A stretch of DNA of 63,935 bases, the filler included, from Welwitschia mirabilis (taxonomy: Eukaryota), in assembly GCA_051453625.1 (NCBI GenBank). It is 4 parts of one record of this genome, joined end to end, with 100 filler letters (N's around TTAATTAATTAA, not from the genome) between each part and the next. Parts side by side here need not be neighbours in the genome. Positions count along the whole stretch, not along the records: positions 1 to 31,212 come from JBOZIK010000001.1; 3 more parts are not named here. One strand, given 5' to 3'. Made by a program: the position numbers and the translations under genes. This document shows positions 1-12,760 of the stretch, in pieces (within the stretch, counting starts at the first letter, position 1; each line of letters begins with the position of its first letter). A model generated the notes under the pieces. It was not told the DNA's origin. It worked only from the letters and a program-made list of their open reading frames with translations, and did not search any database.

Positions 1-1325
1 TTAATTGTGTTAAAAAATTAAAAATGTTAGGTTTATCTTCCTAGGTTACATTTTACTTAAGTTATAGACATTTTAGGTTTCTATTAAAAATTTCTTAGTC
101 CCTATAACCTGAAATCTATTACTTTAATCCAAAAACATTTTGTATTTTTATCAAACTATTTTGGTCATATGAACAAGTGTCAATGCTTTCCTGATCCAAA
201 CATCATGAAACTTTGCTTCAGAACTCCCAGGACCTTTCTAAAACTTTTTAGCTTATAGGCTTCTTCTAAAACCATGAAAATTAGAAAAGTGTAAACCTTT
301 TAGTCTAAATCATAACCTATTTTCCAAAACTTAGAAATGAGTTAGGCTCCTAACCTATTTCAAACACCTTTTAAGCTTTCATCTGTTTACCCTTATAATT
401 TCTAAAACCATGAATAATTCAAATGATTTAGACAGAAATCAGTTATCTGAGCCATATCATCTCTAATAAAGAAATCACAAGAGACCCAACTAAAGTACAA
501 GCCATAAGATAATGACCAGATTAAAGGTGAAAGTTGGTAAAAATTTGGTACCCATCCTTACTCCACTTCTTGTCAGGCCACTAGTTGTATTCATATCTAA
601 ACAGTAAATAATAATGCTCCTCATAAAATTTTTATAGTAATAAAAAATTTCCAAAACCATATTTAAATTATTCTCTAGATATAAGTGTAATAGTTCAAAA
701 ATGTTAACCACAAGAATCATAATTAAATCATCAGAATTTCCAACTCTAGATGCCACATGGAATGCTAAACTAGATTGAAGCCGGAATTGCTGAGTCATCA
801 TTTTGTAAAGAGCTATCATTCCCATGGTCATTCCCACAACTATAGGAGACTTCATCTGACCTAGATAAATCTTTGAGGAGTATCTTCAATTCTATCCGTA
901 CGTAGATCAACCTCCTTGCAACTATGAATTCCAAAATCTATACATTGACCCACAAGGGTTTTATTCCATGCTTTCCTTCACCCCTCACAATCCTTACCCT
1001 TCATCTTCCTTTGAATACTCTTTATCATTTGATCACCACTTGTCATCTTCATATGTCCAACAAACCACGTCACCTTCCTTTGAAGATACTTTTCAAAATT
1101 TTTAGAAGGTATCATTGAATCTTCTTCTAATACATTTTAACTTATTCTTGGGAGAAATCTTTACTAAAACTTTAAAAAAAAAAAGCATTGACAAAATCCT
1201 TCAACAAAATGTCCAAACTAATGACCAAGTTCTTAGGGCTCTTAACCACCAACAAGACGAAGAAAACCTTCTACATTTTTTGAACTTAGAAGCTTAGAAA
1301 ATAGTTTTATTTTTACCTTGTTTTT

Positions 1326-2459
1326 TCATTTTTACTTTTCTCTCTTTTAATTATTCATCTTTCTTTTCCCTCTATCACTTTCATCTATAATAATCATTTG
1401 TGGATCCTCTTCACTTATCCATATCTTATAAAATATCCTTTTACTTCATGCATCTTTTAGAATTTTACTTTCTTTTTTTTTTTAAAAACCTTAGGCATTG
1501 TAGTTTTATTTTACATTATTTTGCAGTGTTATTCTTTTTATTTTTCTAATTTTAATAAAATGACATGTAATAAAGAATCTCTCTCCTAGTGTTTGCATTA
1601 TATCGTTCCCAAACTCTATAATTATTTTTCTATTTTTTCAAACTTTGAGGACGAAATTCAATTTTGGTTGGGAGATAAGGCATTTTCACGTCAAAATTCT
1701 TTTTAATGCCTCATTTTTTAAAAATTGGGATAATTTATTTAGATTTTTATTGTTTTTACATTATGCTTGAATGTTTCAGTTATAAATTTTTCAATGTCAC
1801 TCATCTTCATCAGACGTTTTACTAAGAGACTAGCAAGAGGTNNNNNNNNNNNNNNNNNNNNNNNNNNNNNNNNNNNNNNNNNNNNNNNNNNNNNNNNNNN
1901 NNNNNNNNNNNNNNNNNNNNNNNNNNNNNNNNNNNNNNNNNTCATTTTTACATTTCTCTCTTTTAATTATTCATCTTTCTTTTCCCTCTATCACTTTCAT
2001 CTACAATAATCATTTGTGGATCCTCTTCACTTATCCATATCTTATAAAATATCCTTTCACTTCATGCATCTTTTAGAATTTTACTTTTTTTTTTTTGTTT
2101 TCAAAACCTTATGCATTGTAGTTTTGTTTTACATTATTTTGCATTGTTCTTCTTTTTCTTTTTCTAATTTTAATAAAATAACATGTAATAAAGAATCTCT
2201 CTCCTAGTGTTTGCATTATATTGTTCCCAAACTCTATAATTATTTTTCTATTTTTTCAAACTTTGAGGATGAAATTTAATTTTGGTTGGGAGACAAGGCA
2301 TTTTCACGTTAAAATTCTTTTTAATGCCTCATTTTTTAAAAATTGGGCTAATTTATTTAGATTTTTATCGTTTTTACATTATGCTTGAATGTTTTAGTTA
2401 TAAATTTTTCCATGTCACTCATCTTCATCAGACGTTTTACTAAGAGACTAGCAAGAGGT
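1326..2459. repeat. Near-identical ~515-bp direct duplication flanking a 100-N gap (1326-1841 vs 1942-2459); probably unmerged contig overlap or haplotypes
   Basis: Direct comparison shows few substitutions, and the copies end exactly at the gap edges. Confidence 0.85.
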
Positions 2460-2521
2460 TGGTTGGGGATGTGTAAACATGTAAAAATTATCATTTATGT
2501 TGAATTTTCTAAGCTAATTTA

Positions 2522-3345
2522 TCATAAATCAAGATATTAATTTAACTATTTTAATCATAAAAACTTGTCTTCTATCCTTTTTGATGTCATACTTGATTTT
2601 ATGCTTTACCCATAATATTTCTAGGTCTTTAGCCATGTTTTAAAGAATATGTCTAACAATGAACCCAATTTTGCTCAAAATGATGATGACACCAGTGACA
2701 GGTGGAAGTGATACTTACTGGTGAAGGAATCCTAAAATAAAACCAATGTATTAGGCTCATCATGACAATCTGCATTATTTTTTATTTAAGACATGATAAT
2801 TACAACATTTAGATATTCGACTAAAAAATGACAAACACTAAAAGATAGAACCCTAATCATCCCAATCTTAATTTTTACTATANNNNNNNNNNNNNNNNNN
2901 NNNNNNNNNNNNNNNNNNNNNNNNNNNNNNNNNNNNNNNNNNNNNNNNNNNNNNNNNNNNNNNNNNNNNNNNNNNNNNNNNNTGTCATAAATAAAGATAT
3001 TAATTTAACTATTTTAATCATAAAAACATGTCTTCTATCCTTTTTGATGCCATACTTGATTTTATGCTTTTACCCATAATATTTCTAGGTCTTTAGCCAT
3101 GTTTTAAAGAATATGTCTAACAATGAACCAAATTTTGCTCAAAATGATGATGGCACCAGTGACAGGTGGAAGTGATACTTATTGGTGAAGGAATCCTAAA
3201 ATAAAACCAATGTATTAGGCTCATCATGACAACTTGCATTATTTTTTATTTAAGCCATGATAATTACAACATTTGAATATTCGACTAGAAAATGACAAAC
3301 ACTAAAAGATAGAACCCTAATCATTCCAATCTTAATTTTTACTAT
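2522..3345. repeat. Near-identical ~360-bp duplication flanking a 100-N gap (2522-2882 vs ~2985-3345)
   Basis: Direct comparison; same architecture as the other 100-N gaps. Confidence 0.85.
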
Positions 3346-5169
3346 AAAAAGGGCCTAGTGTCTTACTTTGTCTTCATTCATGCTTGGAAGGGGATGACCT
3401 TATTGTACTTCATGTTGAGGCTGATGCATTCTCTCTTCTAGATTATTCAGGATGGGCTAGCCTTTATAGTTAGCATGACATTTCAGTTATAGATTGATGT
3501 TTTTTTTATTGTGTATTATATCTTTACTCTATTTCATCTAATACAATGCTATTATTATTTGGTTTAGTTTTTTGATTTTAAGTGTGACTTGTTACATACC
3601 TTTAATGCTTTTGATAAGTCAAAGAATTGGTCATTGATTCTTTGGTATAATATTTTTTGACAATAAGTGTGGATGTTCTTACATACTTCTTATGCTTGAG
3701 TTTGTACTAAAGTATGTTGAGCTTTTTNNNNNNNNNNNNNNNNNNNNNNNNNNNNNNNNNNNNNNNNNNNNNNNNNNNNNNNNNNNNNNNNNNNNNNNNN
3801 NNNNNNNNNNNNNNNNNNNNNNNNNNNNNNNNNNNNNNNNNNNNNNNNNNNNNNNNNNNNNNNNNNNNNNNNNNNNNNNNNNNNNNNNNNNNNNNNNNNN
3901 NNNNNNNNNNNNNNNNNNNNNNNNNNNNNNNNNNNNNNNNNNNNNNNNNNNNNNNNNNNNNNNNNNNNNNNNNNNNNNNNNNNNNNNNNNNNNNNNNNNN
4001 NNNNNNNNNNNNNNNNNNNNNNNNNNNNNNNNNNNNNNNNNNNNNNNNNNNNNNNNNNNNNNNNNNNNNNNNNNNNNNNNNNNNNNNNNNNNNNNNNNNN
4101 NNNNNNNNNNNNNNNNNNNNNNNNNNNNNNNNNNNNNNNNNNNNNNNNNNNNNNNNNNNNNNNNNNNNNNNNNNNNNNNNNNNNNNNNNNNNNNNNNNNN
4201 NNNNNNNNNNNNNNNNNNNNNNNNNNNNNNNNNNNNNNNNNNNNNNNNNNNNNNNNNNNNNNNNNNNNNNNNNNNNNNNNNNNNNNNNNNNNNNNNNNNN
4301 NNNNNNNNNNNNNNNNNNNNNNNNNNNNNNNNNNNNNNNNNNNNNNNNNNNNNNNNNNNNNNNNNNNNNNNNNNNNNNNNNNNNNNNNNNNNNNNNNNNN
4401 NNNNNNNNNNNNNNNNNNNNNNNNNNNNNNNNNNNNNNNNNNNNNNNNNNNNNNNNNNNNNNNNNNNNNNNNNNNNNNNNNNNNNNNNNNNNNNNNNNNN
4501 NNNNNNNNNNNNNNNNNNNNNNNNNNNNNNNNNNNNNNNNNNNNNNNNNNNNNNNNNNNNNNNNNNNNNNNNNNNNNNNNNNNNNNNNNNNNNNNNNNNN
4601 NNNNNNNNNNNNNNNNNNNNNNNNNNNNNNNNNNNNNNNNNNNNNNNNNNNNNNNNNNNNNNNNNNNNNNNNNNNNNNNNNNNNAGAAACTCTTATCCTT
4701 ACTTTTATGTTCATGCTAGATTCTGAAAGCTATGCTCCCTTTGTAGCTTAAGTTTTTGATCTCCTTAAAAATTTCTTTTCATTTCTATTCTCTTTTTTCC
4801 TAAAATCTCTTCTCATTGCATTTGGTTTTGTGCTTACTTTACAATATTTTATCGCATTTATGCTTGAGGAAAACAACACTAGGATCATACTATACATAGA
4901 AGTTACAATCTTTATTTGGTAAAAGTTTGGATGTGGCTTCTCAAGATTTGTGTCCGTAAGATGATAATACCAAGATACAAGTGTTCCCAGATTTTTACCA
5001 TGAGCAATGATTCCCTTAGCAGTTGTTAATCCTTCAGTTGGCTCTTATTTCCACTCTCATGGCCCTAACTATTTTGGCCTATGGTCACTAGATCAAGTCT
5101 ATGCTAAATGCTTTAAGTAATCCCATGAAGAGTGTCAAGAAGACTTTGGTCACAGTTAAGATGCTACAG

Positions 5170-6180
5170 TAGGTCAAGGTGTGTGTGAGTTAAATGCAGT
5201 CAAGATGCTATATAGACTAGCTTTATTCCATAATATTTCTTTACTGTAGAGCTTATTCCAAAAGATTTCTTTACTCAAGGGCATAAGCATTAAAAAGAAA
5301 GAGATCCACAGCAGCAGAAGAGGCAGCGTGGCTAAAGGATTTGCAATCAAATGAGTAATCACACTAGTTAGAATAATGATGTAGATCATAAAGACTAGTT
5401 TTGCTATTAAAAACTTAATACAAAAGAGGATGACCATATGGATCCATTTCAATAGCAGAGACATTGATACTACAAAGGTAGCTAGGGGATTTGGGTCACA
5501 TACAGTCTGAGTAAAAGAAGTGGCTTCTATGAACTAGAAAAATGGAAAAATGCAATCACAAAAATAACCTTCTTTTAAGATTACCAAATTCTTTTTATTG
5601 TTTTTTTCCTAGAAAACTAGAAAATTGCCGCTTTGAGATCAAACCTTTGAAGTTTAAAAAAATAAGAAGACATTGTAGCTCATAAAACACACTCATAAAC
5701 AATCCATAAACTATTGCATACATGGAATTAATCCTCATTTCAGCATACATGAAATTAATCTTAGTGTTAAGCTAAGGAAAATTTCAAATACTTGCAAAGC
5801 CTTTAAATAACAATACAAAAATGTTTTGCAGAGCTCAAAAATCTAAAAAAACGAAAAACAATTATGTAAAGACATGCAAGGGGACATGCAAGCACTTCAA
5901 GAGACTCAAGAACACTAGCTTGAGCTCTAATACCATATAAAGGAGACACAACCACATGCAACATCAACAAGTGCTTCGATACTAAATGTAAAAATTCATG
6001 TAGAAATAGTAAGATAAGCAGATTTTTAAAAAATAGATATTATTTTTCCTCTTTTTATTTTAACATTAGATCTTCATTTCATGGTAAGAACACCCAATTA
6101 AGTTTTCGCTAGGGTTTTTACTTTTCCTAAATACAATACCATGATGTAACTTTTTGGTCCCTTAGAACAACCATGGTTAA
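5170..6180 (-). mobile_element. LTR retrotransposon fragment: LTR 3' end (~5936-6180), tRNA-Met PBS (~5924-5935) and leader
   Basis: Minus strand reads TGGTATTAGAGC (canonical PBS TGGTATCAGAGC). The LTR and post-PBS sequence (GAGTCTCTTGA..GCATG) resemble 48780-49085. Confidence 0.6.
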
Positions 6181-7605
6181 CTTTTAATTGTTGTGCGCCT
6201 CTTTCAGTTACAAAGAAGATAACATCATTGACTTGATAAACTCCACAAGACTTTTAGAATGATTATTACATCATTAAGCATGTTGACTATGATTCATAAG
6301 CCATTGATGGTCTCTTAAACCCTATTAATAAATTTCTTGATGGATTTTGCATCTTGCATTATGAGGGTTTTAACTTATTTTCTAAGCATCTAAAACTTAA
6401 CTTTTTCTGATCCTTTTTAAGTAGTTCCCAATGCATCCCAAGAATTCTTGAAATACCTATGCTTAGAAATCTTGGAAAAGATTGTATGAACTATTTAGAT
6501 GATAAGTAATGCTTTTGCATTTACCTTTCTTAATTATTACAATTCTTTCTTCCTTTCATCAAAGAAACAATAAAAACCACAAGATCCATAACATCTAAGA
6601 GATATATGGTGACCAAATGCTGTAAATCTTGTGAAACCAAGAATTTTCTCATACTCATTAGTCAATATTCTTAGTCATCACAAGTGGAAACATGAAATTT
6701 AAGTGAAACAATGCATAAAGTGTTTTCCATGTTGGAGAAGTTATTACAAAACTATACCTAAAATCTCTAATATTAATTGTTGAAATTAGTACCACAAAGT
6801 AGTTATTCATAGAAGAGTAACAAACTCTATGATATTGTATAAAATGTAGTGAAAAACAACATTAATGTTGTGAGTTATATACATGACTATCAATCAAATA
6901 TAACAAGGCCGAATTAGGAAAATAAAAAAGAATGATATCTACCTTTGTAAGAACATAGCTGTTAGTTATTTAGTTTGCTAGGAGACTTAGGATTTAGGAC
7001 CTAAGTTTATGGACTTATAATCTATTTATTTAAGTCATAGGAAAACTTAACATCTAAAGCTAAGCCTAAAGGAATCAAGTTTCTTTACTTGAGAAGAAAA
7101 ATCAGTAATTATTTTAAAATCTTAGTGTTGAACCAAAAGAAGGAAGAAGTAAACATCATGAAATTACTTTTTAAAAAAAAAGAATGAAAGAAAAAAAAAA
7201 TTTTGAGTGAATGTAAAGAGCAATCTAGATGATACATCTTTAAAACCAAATTCTTAGAACATTTAGTAGATATACCTAGATTAAATGTTGCTAAGCAAGA
7301 AAATTAATGAATTGATCAAAATCTACATCTTAGGAATAAAAGTATTAAGTTAAAGGCATAGGACAAAATACAGAGTAAATATGATGTAAGTGTCACAATA
7401 CTATTGGAAGTCCATGAAAAGTTTGAGAAACAAAAGCAAGAAGTGATAATTCTATAGTCTAAGCTTACATAGAAAAATAACCAACATAAAAAAATAAAAG
7501 TAAAGACTGAAATGTTGAAGAAGAAAATCAATAATGTAAAGATATACATCACCATATTCATTTTGTTGAGATTATTAAAATCAACTTTCATGGTTCTAGA
7601 ATTAT

Positions 7606-7682
7606 TTAAGGAATCATTAATTCCACCAATTAGAAAATTTATTATAAGGAATCATTAATTCCACCAATTAGAAAATTTATTC
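7606..7682. repeat. 38-bp perfect tandem duplication
   Basis: TAAGGAATCATTAATTCCACCAATTAGAAAATTTATT occurs twice in tandem. Confidence 0.9.
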
Positions 7683-8600
7683 TACAAAAGAAGTTAATGG
7701 GACTTAGAAGAAATAGAGACAAACTACAATGGCTAATACTCTTTGATGTATTAGCATCAAATGTGATTGAAACAATTGTATTGTGAAAATTCTTCTCTAT
7801 TGATATTTGCTATATACAAAAAGAATGTCTTTTGAGATAAACTTTATGTTGTATAAACTATTATTTGTCTGAAAAGAAGTGGTTGGTTTGTGGGGATGGG
7901 AAGGAATAACTCATAGATTACTAACTTACTCCAACATAAGTTATTTTGTGAAATTTATAACAATGCCCAAAAAGAGTTTTAGTGACTCACCCTCTTTTAA
8001 TTATGTTATGGTTCATTAAAGTTAAATTATAGAGAACTTTAAGAACAAAAATTATAGGTAGATTCTACGAAAGAAGCCCCTAAAGAATTAAAAGTTTCAT
8101 GTTGAAAACCAAAAACAATGGGCAAATAAATAAGAAACAGGTTGTAACATAGTATGATTTTCTTTTTCCTTTCTTTCTACCTCTTTTTTTCTTTTTCTAT
8201 TTCCTTTTTATTTTTTGGCTCTTATGAGACTTCTAGAAAGAAAGAAACTTTGTAAGCTTCCATTTAACTAAAGCTTCTTACACAGAGGTTCAGAATTCCA
8301 TATTCAGAAACATTATAGACATTACCGTAGTTAATTTATTTCATTGAATTGTTAAAGATTTTATTTGTTTTTATTTATTCTTTTGGTCCTAGGATTAGAT
8401 CATGATTTGATCCACGACATTTTTGTTGCTAAGAGAAATAGGGAGAAAAGCCTCTAGACTTATCGTGATGAGGAACTGAATTTTCCAAGGAATTCTTTCT
8501 TATCTTAATATAGAAAAAAGGATGTTGAACACTATAATACAAACATATGAACTTTGGATAATAAAAGATAAATCCAAAAAATATGACTTTTCATGGTTAT

Positions 8601-8673
8601 TTCCATTATTGGGAGTCAAACCCATGTTGCTTTGGTAAAATTGAAGTATACTAACCATCTACATTATAACACA
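8601..8673 (-). pseudogene. Decayed tRNA-Glu (tRNA pseudogene or tRNA-derived element head)
   Basis: Minus strand TGTGTTATAATGTAGATGGTTAGTATACTTCAATTTTACCAAAGCAACATGGGTTTGACTCCCAATAATGGAA aligns without gaps to the recalled 73-nt plant tRNA-Glu (TCCGTTGTAGTCTAGCTGGTTAGGATAC...GGGTTCGAGTCCCGGCAACGGAA) at about two-thirds identity. Most differences are C>T or G>A. Confidence 0.6.
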
Positions 8674-9469
8674 AGGCTAAACAAAAGGTTAATGAAAGTT
8701 ACTAATATGTCTAATTTATGTGCACACGCATATCTTTCTCCTTAGAATTTCCCTTTAATGTTAATTTTTTTTGTCTCATTATTCTTTGCTAGTCTTTCAT
8801 GGTAAAGGAGTTGAGCAACTACACCTTTATCATGATAAGATCGTCTCATGTTCCTTTTTCTTCTAGTCCTCAAATTTATAGTTTTCATTTTCCTTTTTCT
8901 CTTTTTTTCGTAGAAAATTTAAATCATGGGGAATCCTATCACACTAGCTAGAGTCATTGGTTTACTTGGTGGGATGAAAATCGATGGGTGGCCCTATTAG
9001 CTTGGGAGCTGACCACCAAATTTCTAGGTCTGACTTATGACTTATACCTAAGATGTTGAAGCCCACATTTAGGTGTGCCTTGAATACATAAACATTAACC
9101 ACAAGCTAACCTGTACACTATAGCACCTAGACCTAGGACTTTAAAGCTCTTAACGACTTATAAACATCATCAAACTAGTTATGCTATGTGCTAGACATAG
9201 TTTATATGTTTCTTCTAGGATTGTTTTGCATCTAGTACAACAACTACTTTAGAGAGCTAATACTCCTATTAGTAGTGGTGCACACTCGCCATGATAAAAT
9301 TGCATTTTTAAATTCTTAAAATAAAAAAAGAACAAATGAATCTACTCTATACAACATTTCTTAAAAAAATATTTATAGAAAGAGAGTATAACATGNNNNN
9401 NNNNNNNNNNNNNNNNNNNNNNNNNNNNNNNNNNNNNNNNNNNNNNNNNNNNNNNNNNNNNNNNNNNNN

Positions 9470-9473
<4 letters not shown>

Positions 9474-9525
<52 letters not shown>
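9474..9525. repeat. (GA)n microsatellite, ~25 units, at a gap edge
   Basis: Seen directly. Confidence 0.95.
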
Positions 9526-9529
<4 letters not shown>

Positions 9530-9744
9530 TCTTATTTTGATAAAAAGAGATAAGGATGATATTAATTTAACTAAAGCGAATCATTAAAATACTAGATATT
9601 TGATCCTTGGAAAGTTTTTTGAAAAGAGGGAGAGAGAGATTGTTCTTATCTTGATAAAAAGGAATAAGGATGGTATTAATCTAAATGAAGCGAATCATTC
9701 AAATCCCAGATATTTGATGCTTAGAAAATTTTCTGAAAAGAGGG
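9517..9744. repeat. Diverged ~114-bp tandem duplication, each unit beginning with a GA run
   Basis: GAGAGATTGTTCTTAT(T/C)TTGATAAAAAG...AAGCGAATCATT...GAAAAGAGGG occurs twice (9517-9630 and 9631-9744). Confidence 0.85.
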
Positions 9745-10439
9745 TAAGAACAAAATAAGTTAAATAAGAAAATATTCTTCCTCTTAGATTAGATGTCATA
9801 AATAGTTACAAGATGTAATAATATTTAAGTATTCAATTAAAGTGGTAATAAAATAAGCGAGAAATTATGAATTGATAAGGCAATATGTATGTGATACAAG
9901 GAAGGGTCATGATTAATGTAAGTTAAAGACATATTATTAGTCTTTAAAACATAATGTTCAATTATTGAATTTGAGCATGGAACAAGTTAGTTTGAGGATA
10001 GATATAAGAGGTAATGTTCCATGCAAGATGTCAATTAAGTTCAAAAGTTTTAATTAAAGTTTATGAGAAAAAGTTTAATATCATAAAAATATCACTAAAA
10101 CATCTCTAAAGTAGCCTTGAAATCTAAGCCAAACCCATGGATAACAATGAGAAATCATGAAAGTAATGAAACATTCATAGGTTACTTAAATATTACCTAG
10201 ATTTAAAAAACATGTGTTCAAAAGTCCTTAACCTTAAAAATATAAAAAGATAAAGTGGAAATGAAAATATGTAAACAAAAAATACATATTATTTATTCTT
10301 AAGAAATCTAAAATTTTAATTTTAAGTAAGTAAAATTTAATCTTATTTTATTTTTAAAAGTTACCAGAAGGAACTATGAAGTAAAACTCATTCAAAAAGA
10401 AAAGATAAAAAGGAAAAAAAATATATAATTGAGGATGAA

Positions 10440-10935
10440 AGATCATTACAAGATGCTATCACAATGTATAGATTCCATGTAATACAATCATCCACAAAAA
10501 ATGCAAATGATCAATCAATTAGCATCATTAAAACACATTTTGAGAATAGTTATTGAGACATTGATATCAACATTAGTAATACCATTACCACCAACTATAT
10601 TTGCCATTAATCCCCCACTCCAACTTAAGAAAGATCTATGTATATTGACCCCTTTGAATTGCTTTAGTAAAAATGTTTGCAACTTGAACATGGCTATGAA
10701 CATGCCAAACGTCAATTATCTTGTCTTGAATTGCTCTAAACAAAGCAATAGTTGACTTAAATGAGTTTCATCTGCTCATAGAAGATTGAAGGGGATATAT
10801 TCAGCCATTAAATTATCTCAAAAAAATTATTTGAAAAGCTTAACTCAAGCCCCATCTCTTGAGAAAATGCAAAACCCAAATCATCTCTGTCATTACCAAC
10901 ATCATAGCTCTATATTTTATTTATGCACTAAGATT
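10440..10935 (-). mobile_element. Ty1/Copia remnant: RNase H C-terminus, PPT and start of 3' LTR
   Basis: Minus-strand fragments SA*IKYRAMMLVMTEMIWVLHFLK, IFYEQMKLI*VNYCFV and IQDKIIDVWHVHSHVQVANIFTKAIQRGQY match Copia SSAEAEYRAM / VFHERTKHIEVDCHFV / QLADIFTKAL. A purine tract GGAGTGGGGGA follows at ~10612-10622. Confidence 0.8.
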
Positions 10936-11482
10936 AAGTGAGCACACCTCACCACCCCCGTAGCACCATCCAAAATAAGGTCCAATTAAAAGAGAAGAGC
11001 ATGAAATCATGAATATAAATGACATGAGGCAATACTGTAAAAGATTTCGATTGCTATTCACCCATTATCCCAATTCCATTTCAGACAAAAAATTCAAAAG
11101 GCTCTTTTACAACTTGATTAAATTAAATCAAATTAGTTTTGATAACATGTTGAAGGTGTAGAAGCAAAGCACGGCTCAAGAACATGATATGTTTTTAATT
11201 TTAAAAGGTATCTTTGATTAACAAACACTAAAGTAGTTGGCTTTAAAATTAAGTCCTTAAAAGCAAGATTTCTTTTATGATAGAACACGACATCCTTTTT
11301 TAGTAAGAATTGCACAATAAAAAATAAACAATGAATCAAATTTAAAAAATGCCAACGAGATGGTATTCTCCTCGATGTGACTTGTATCTCCCATTTAAGA
11401 GCAATCAAATGTTTGAATGACTTGCTTAGAACATTATGGGTGATCATGGTAGATGTGCTAAGAGTACAATTACTAAAAAGTT

Positions 11483-12187
11483 CAACATCCCCAAATTTTT
11501 TAAAAACTTAATAAAAATTAATAAGCTAAAAGAATTGACACCTCTATCCATCATTTGATTTGGAGCCAATAAAGCAAGAGTGCAACTAGTGAGACACTCA
11601 TTCTCCATCCAAGAAGTCATGAATTCAAACTTTTAGATATCCTCCTTGATATACTATGAGGCCCTCTGCAAAACTAAAACATTCATAGGTTTAAACACAT
11701 TTCGACATCCTACTTAACACACTATGAGGCCCTACACATAATTAAAACACTCTCTTTGGTGATCATCATGGCTACTTCCAAGCAAAGTAAGTCACTAAAA
11801 GTTTCAACTTCCCTCTATTTCGACATTCCCCAAATTTTTCAAAAATAATAAAAATTAATAAGCTAAAATAATTGATGCCTCCATCCATCGTTTGAGTTGA
11901 TGCCAATAATGTAATAAAGCAAGTAGTGAGACACTCATCCTCCATTTAAGAAGTCATGAATCTAAATTTTTAGACGTCTTTTTTGACACATTTATGAGGC
12001 CCTATAAGGCCCTATACACAATTAAAACATTCATAGGTTCAAGCATTTAGCCTACTTGACACACTATGAGGCCTTGCACCTATTTAAACATTCTTTTGGG
12101 CGATCGTCCTTTTGGGCGATCGTCGTGATTGTACTTCCAAAAAAAGTAAGTAACTAAAAGTTTTTAAGTTCAACTTCCCTCTATTTC
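11483..12187. repeat. Two diverged ~340-365-bp tandem units, each with internal ACTATGAGGCCCT sub-repeats and a tRNA/SINE-like segment
   Basis: Units ~11483-11821 and ~11822-12187 share CCCCAAATTTTT...TAGTGAGACACTCAT...AAGAAGTCATGAAT...TTCAACTTCCCTCTATTTC. No gap lies between them. A 16-bp duplication CTTTTGGGCGATCGTC is also present at ~12093-12124. Confidence 0.8.
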
Positions 12188-12760
12188 ATTTGGTTAAAGT
12201 TGGCTTTGTAACTAAAAGGTACATAAACATAGTGTACTAATAAAGAAATACATCATAAAAAAGTTTGATTTGAATATCATAATGTACTAATATGCTATTG
12301 TATAAGTAGAATAACTAGTCTCTAAAATATTTTACACAGACAAACACCCTCATAATTCATTTTAGTATTTTCTCAACCGAAACGTAAACCTTGTTATCCC
12401 ATTTTTGTAATTCTGTAAACATTAGTGTAAGTCACTAAGGTTAATTGATGCAGAAGGCAGGGTGGAGCCCTAGTTCATCTTTCCAAGAAGACCTGCACCG
12501 AAAACGCTGAGAACGAATTTTCTGGACACTGAAGTTGTTGCAGAAAGAGTTATTTATATCGTCAAAAACCAGACCTCTTCATGGAAGTAGCGGCAGATCC
12601 ATCAGAGATCTGCTGGACGATGTGGTTAATTTCCCAGGAATCGCAGGAAAGAGCCGCTTTCTCTTACCACTTTCCATTTTCTTTTCTCTGTAGCCAACTC
12701 TGCCATATCATGAAGTTAAGAAACTGAAACTGTCACAGTTTAGAGAATATTAGGTTAGAT

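Larger units (their letters stand above)
1..3727 (+). mobile_element. Probable 3' internal region of a decayed Athila/Tat-like Gypsy element
   Basis: An ORF-like end near 1297 is followed by a T-rich tract and TTTGAGGACGAAATTCAATTTTGGTTGGGAGA (~1644), resembling the post-ORF GAGGAC...TTTGGGGG motif of Athila-type elements. No intact protein. Confidence 0.3.

Noticed and set aside
490..855. 121-aa minus-strand ORF and other short hydrophobic ORFs (5174, 7316, 39821, 51336, 55422, 56832)
   Set aside because: No recognisable domains. The F/L/I bias follows from T-rich TE-derived DNA.
1326..3345. Gap-flanking direct repeats (also 19104-20039, 38017-38845, 58236-58718) as biological tandem duplications or LTR pairs
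   Set aside because: Each pair abuts a fixed 100-N gap and is highly similar, typical of unmerged contig overlaps or haplotypes.
3692..4751. Long ORFs of 250-345 aa here and at 27715-28759, 40299-41083, 41852-42849, 59944-60849 and 61065-62042
   Set aside because: Almost entirely X residues translated from N gaps.
12580..12680. 32-codon minus-strand ORF (MESGKRKRLFPAIPGK...) and small hairpin GCAGATC-N7-GATCTGC in the 3' flank
   Set aside because: Too short to distinguish from chance; no known peptide or miRNA recognised.
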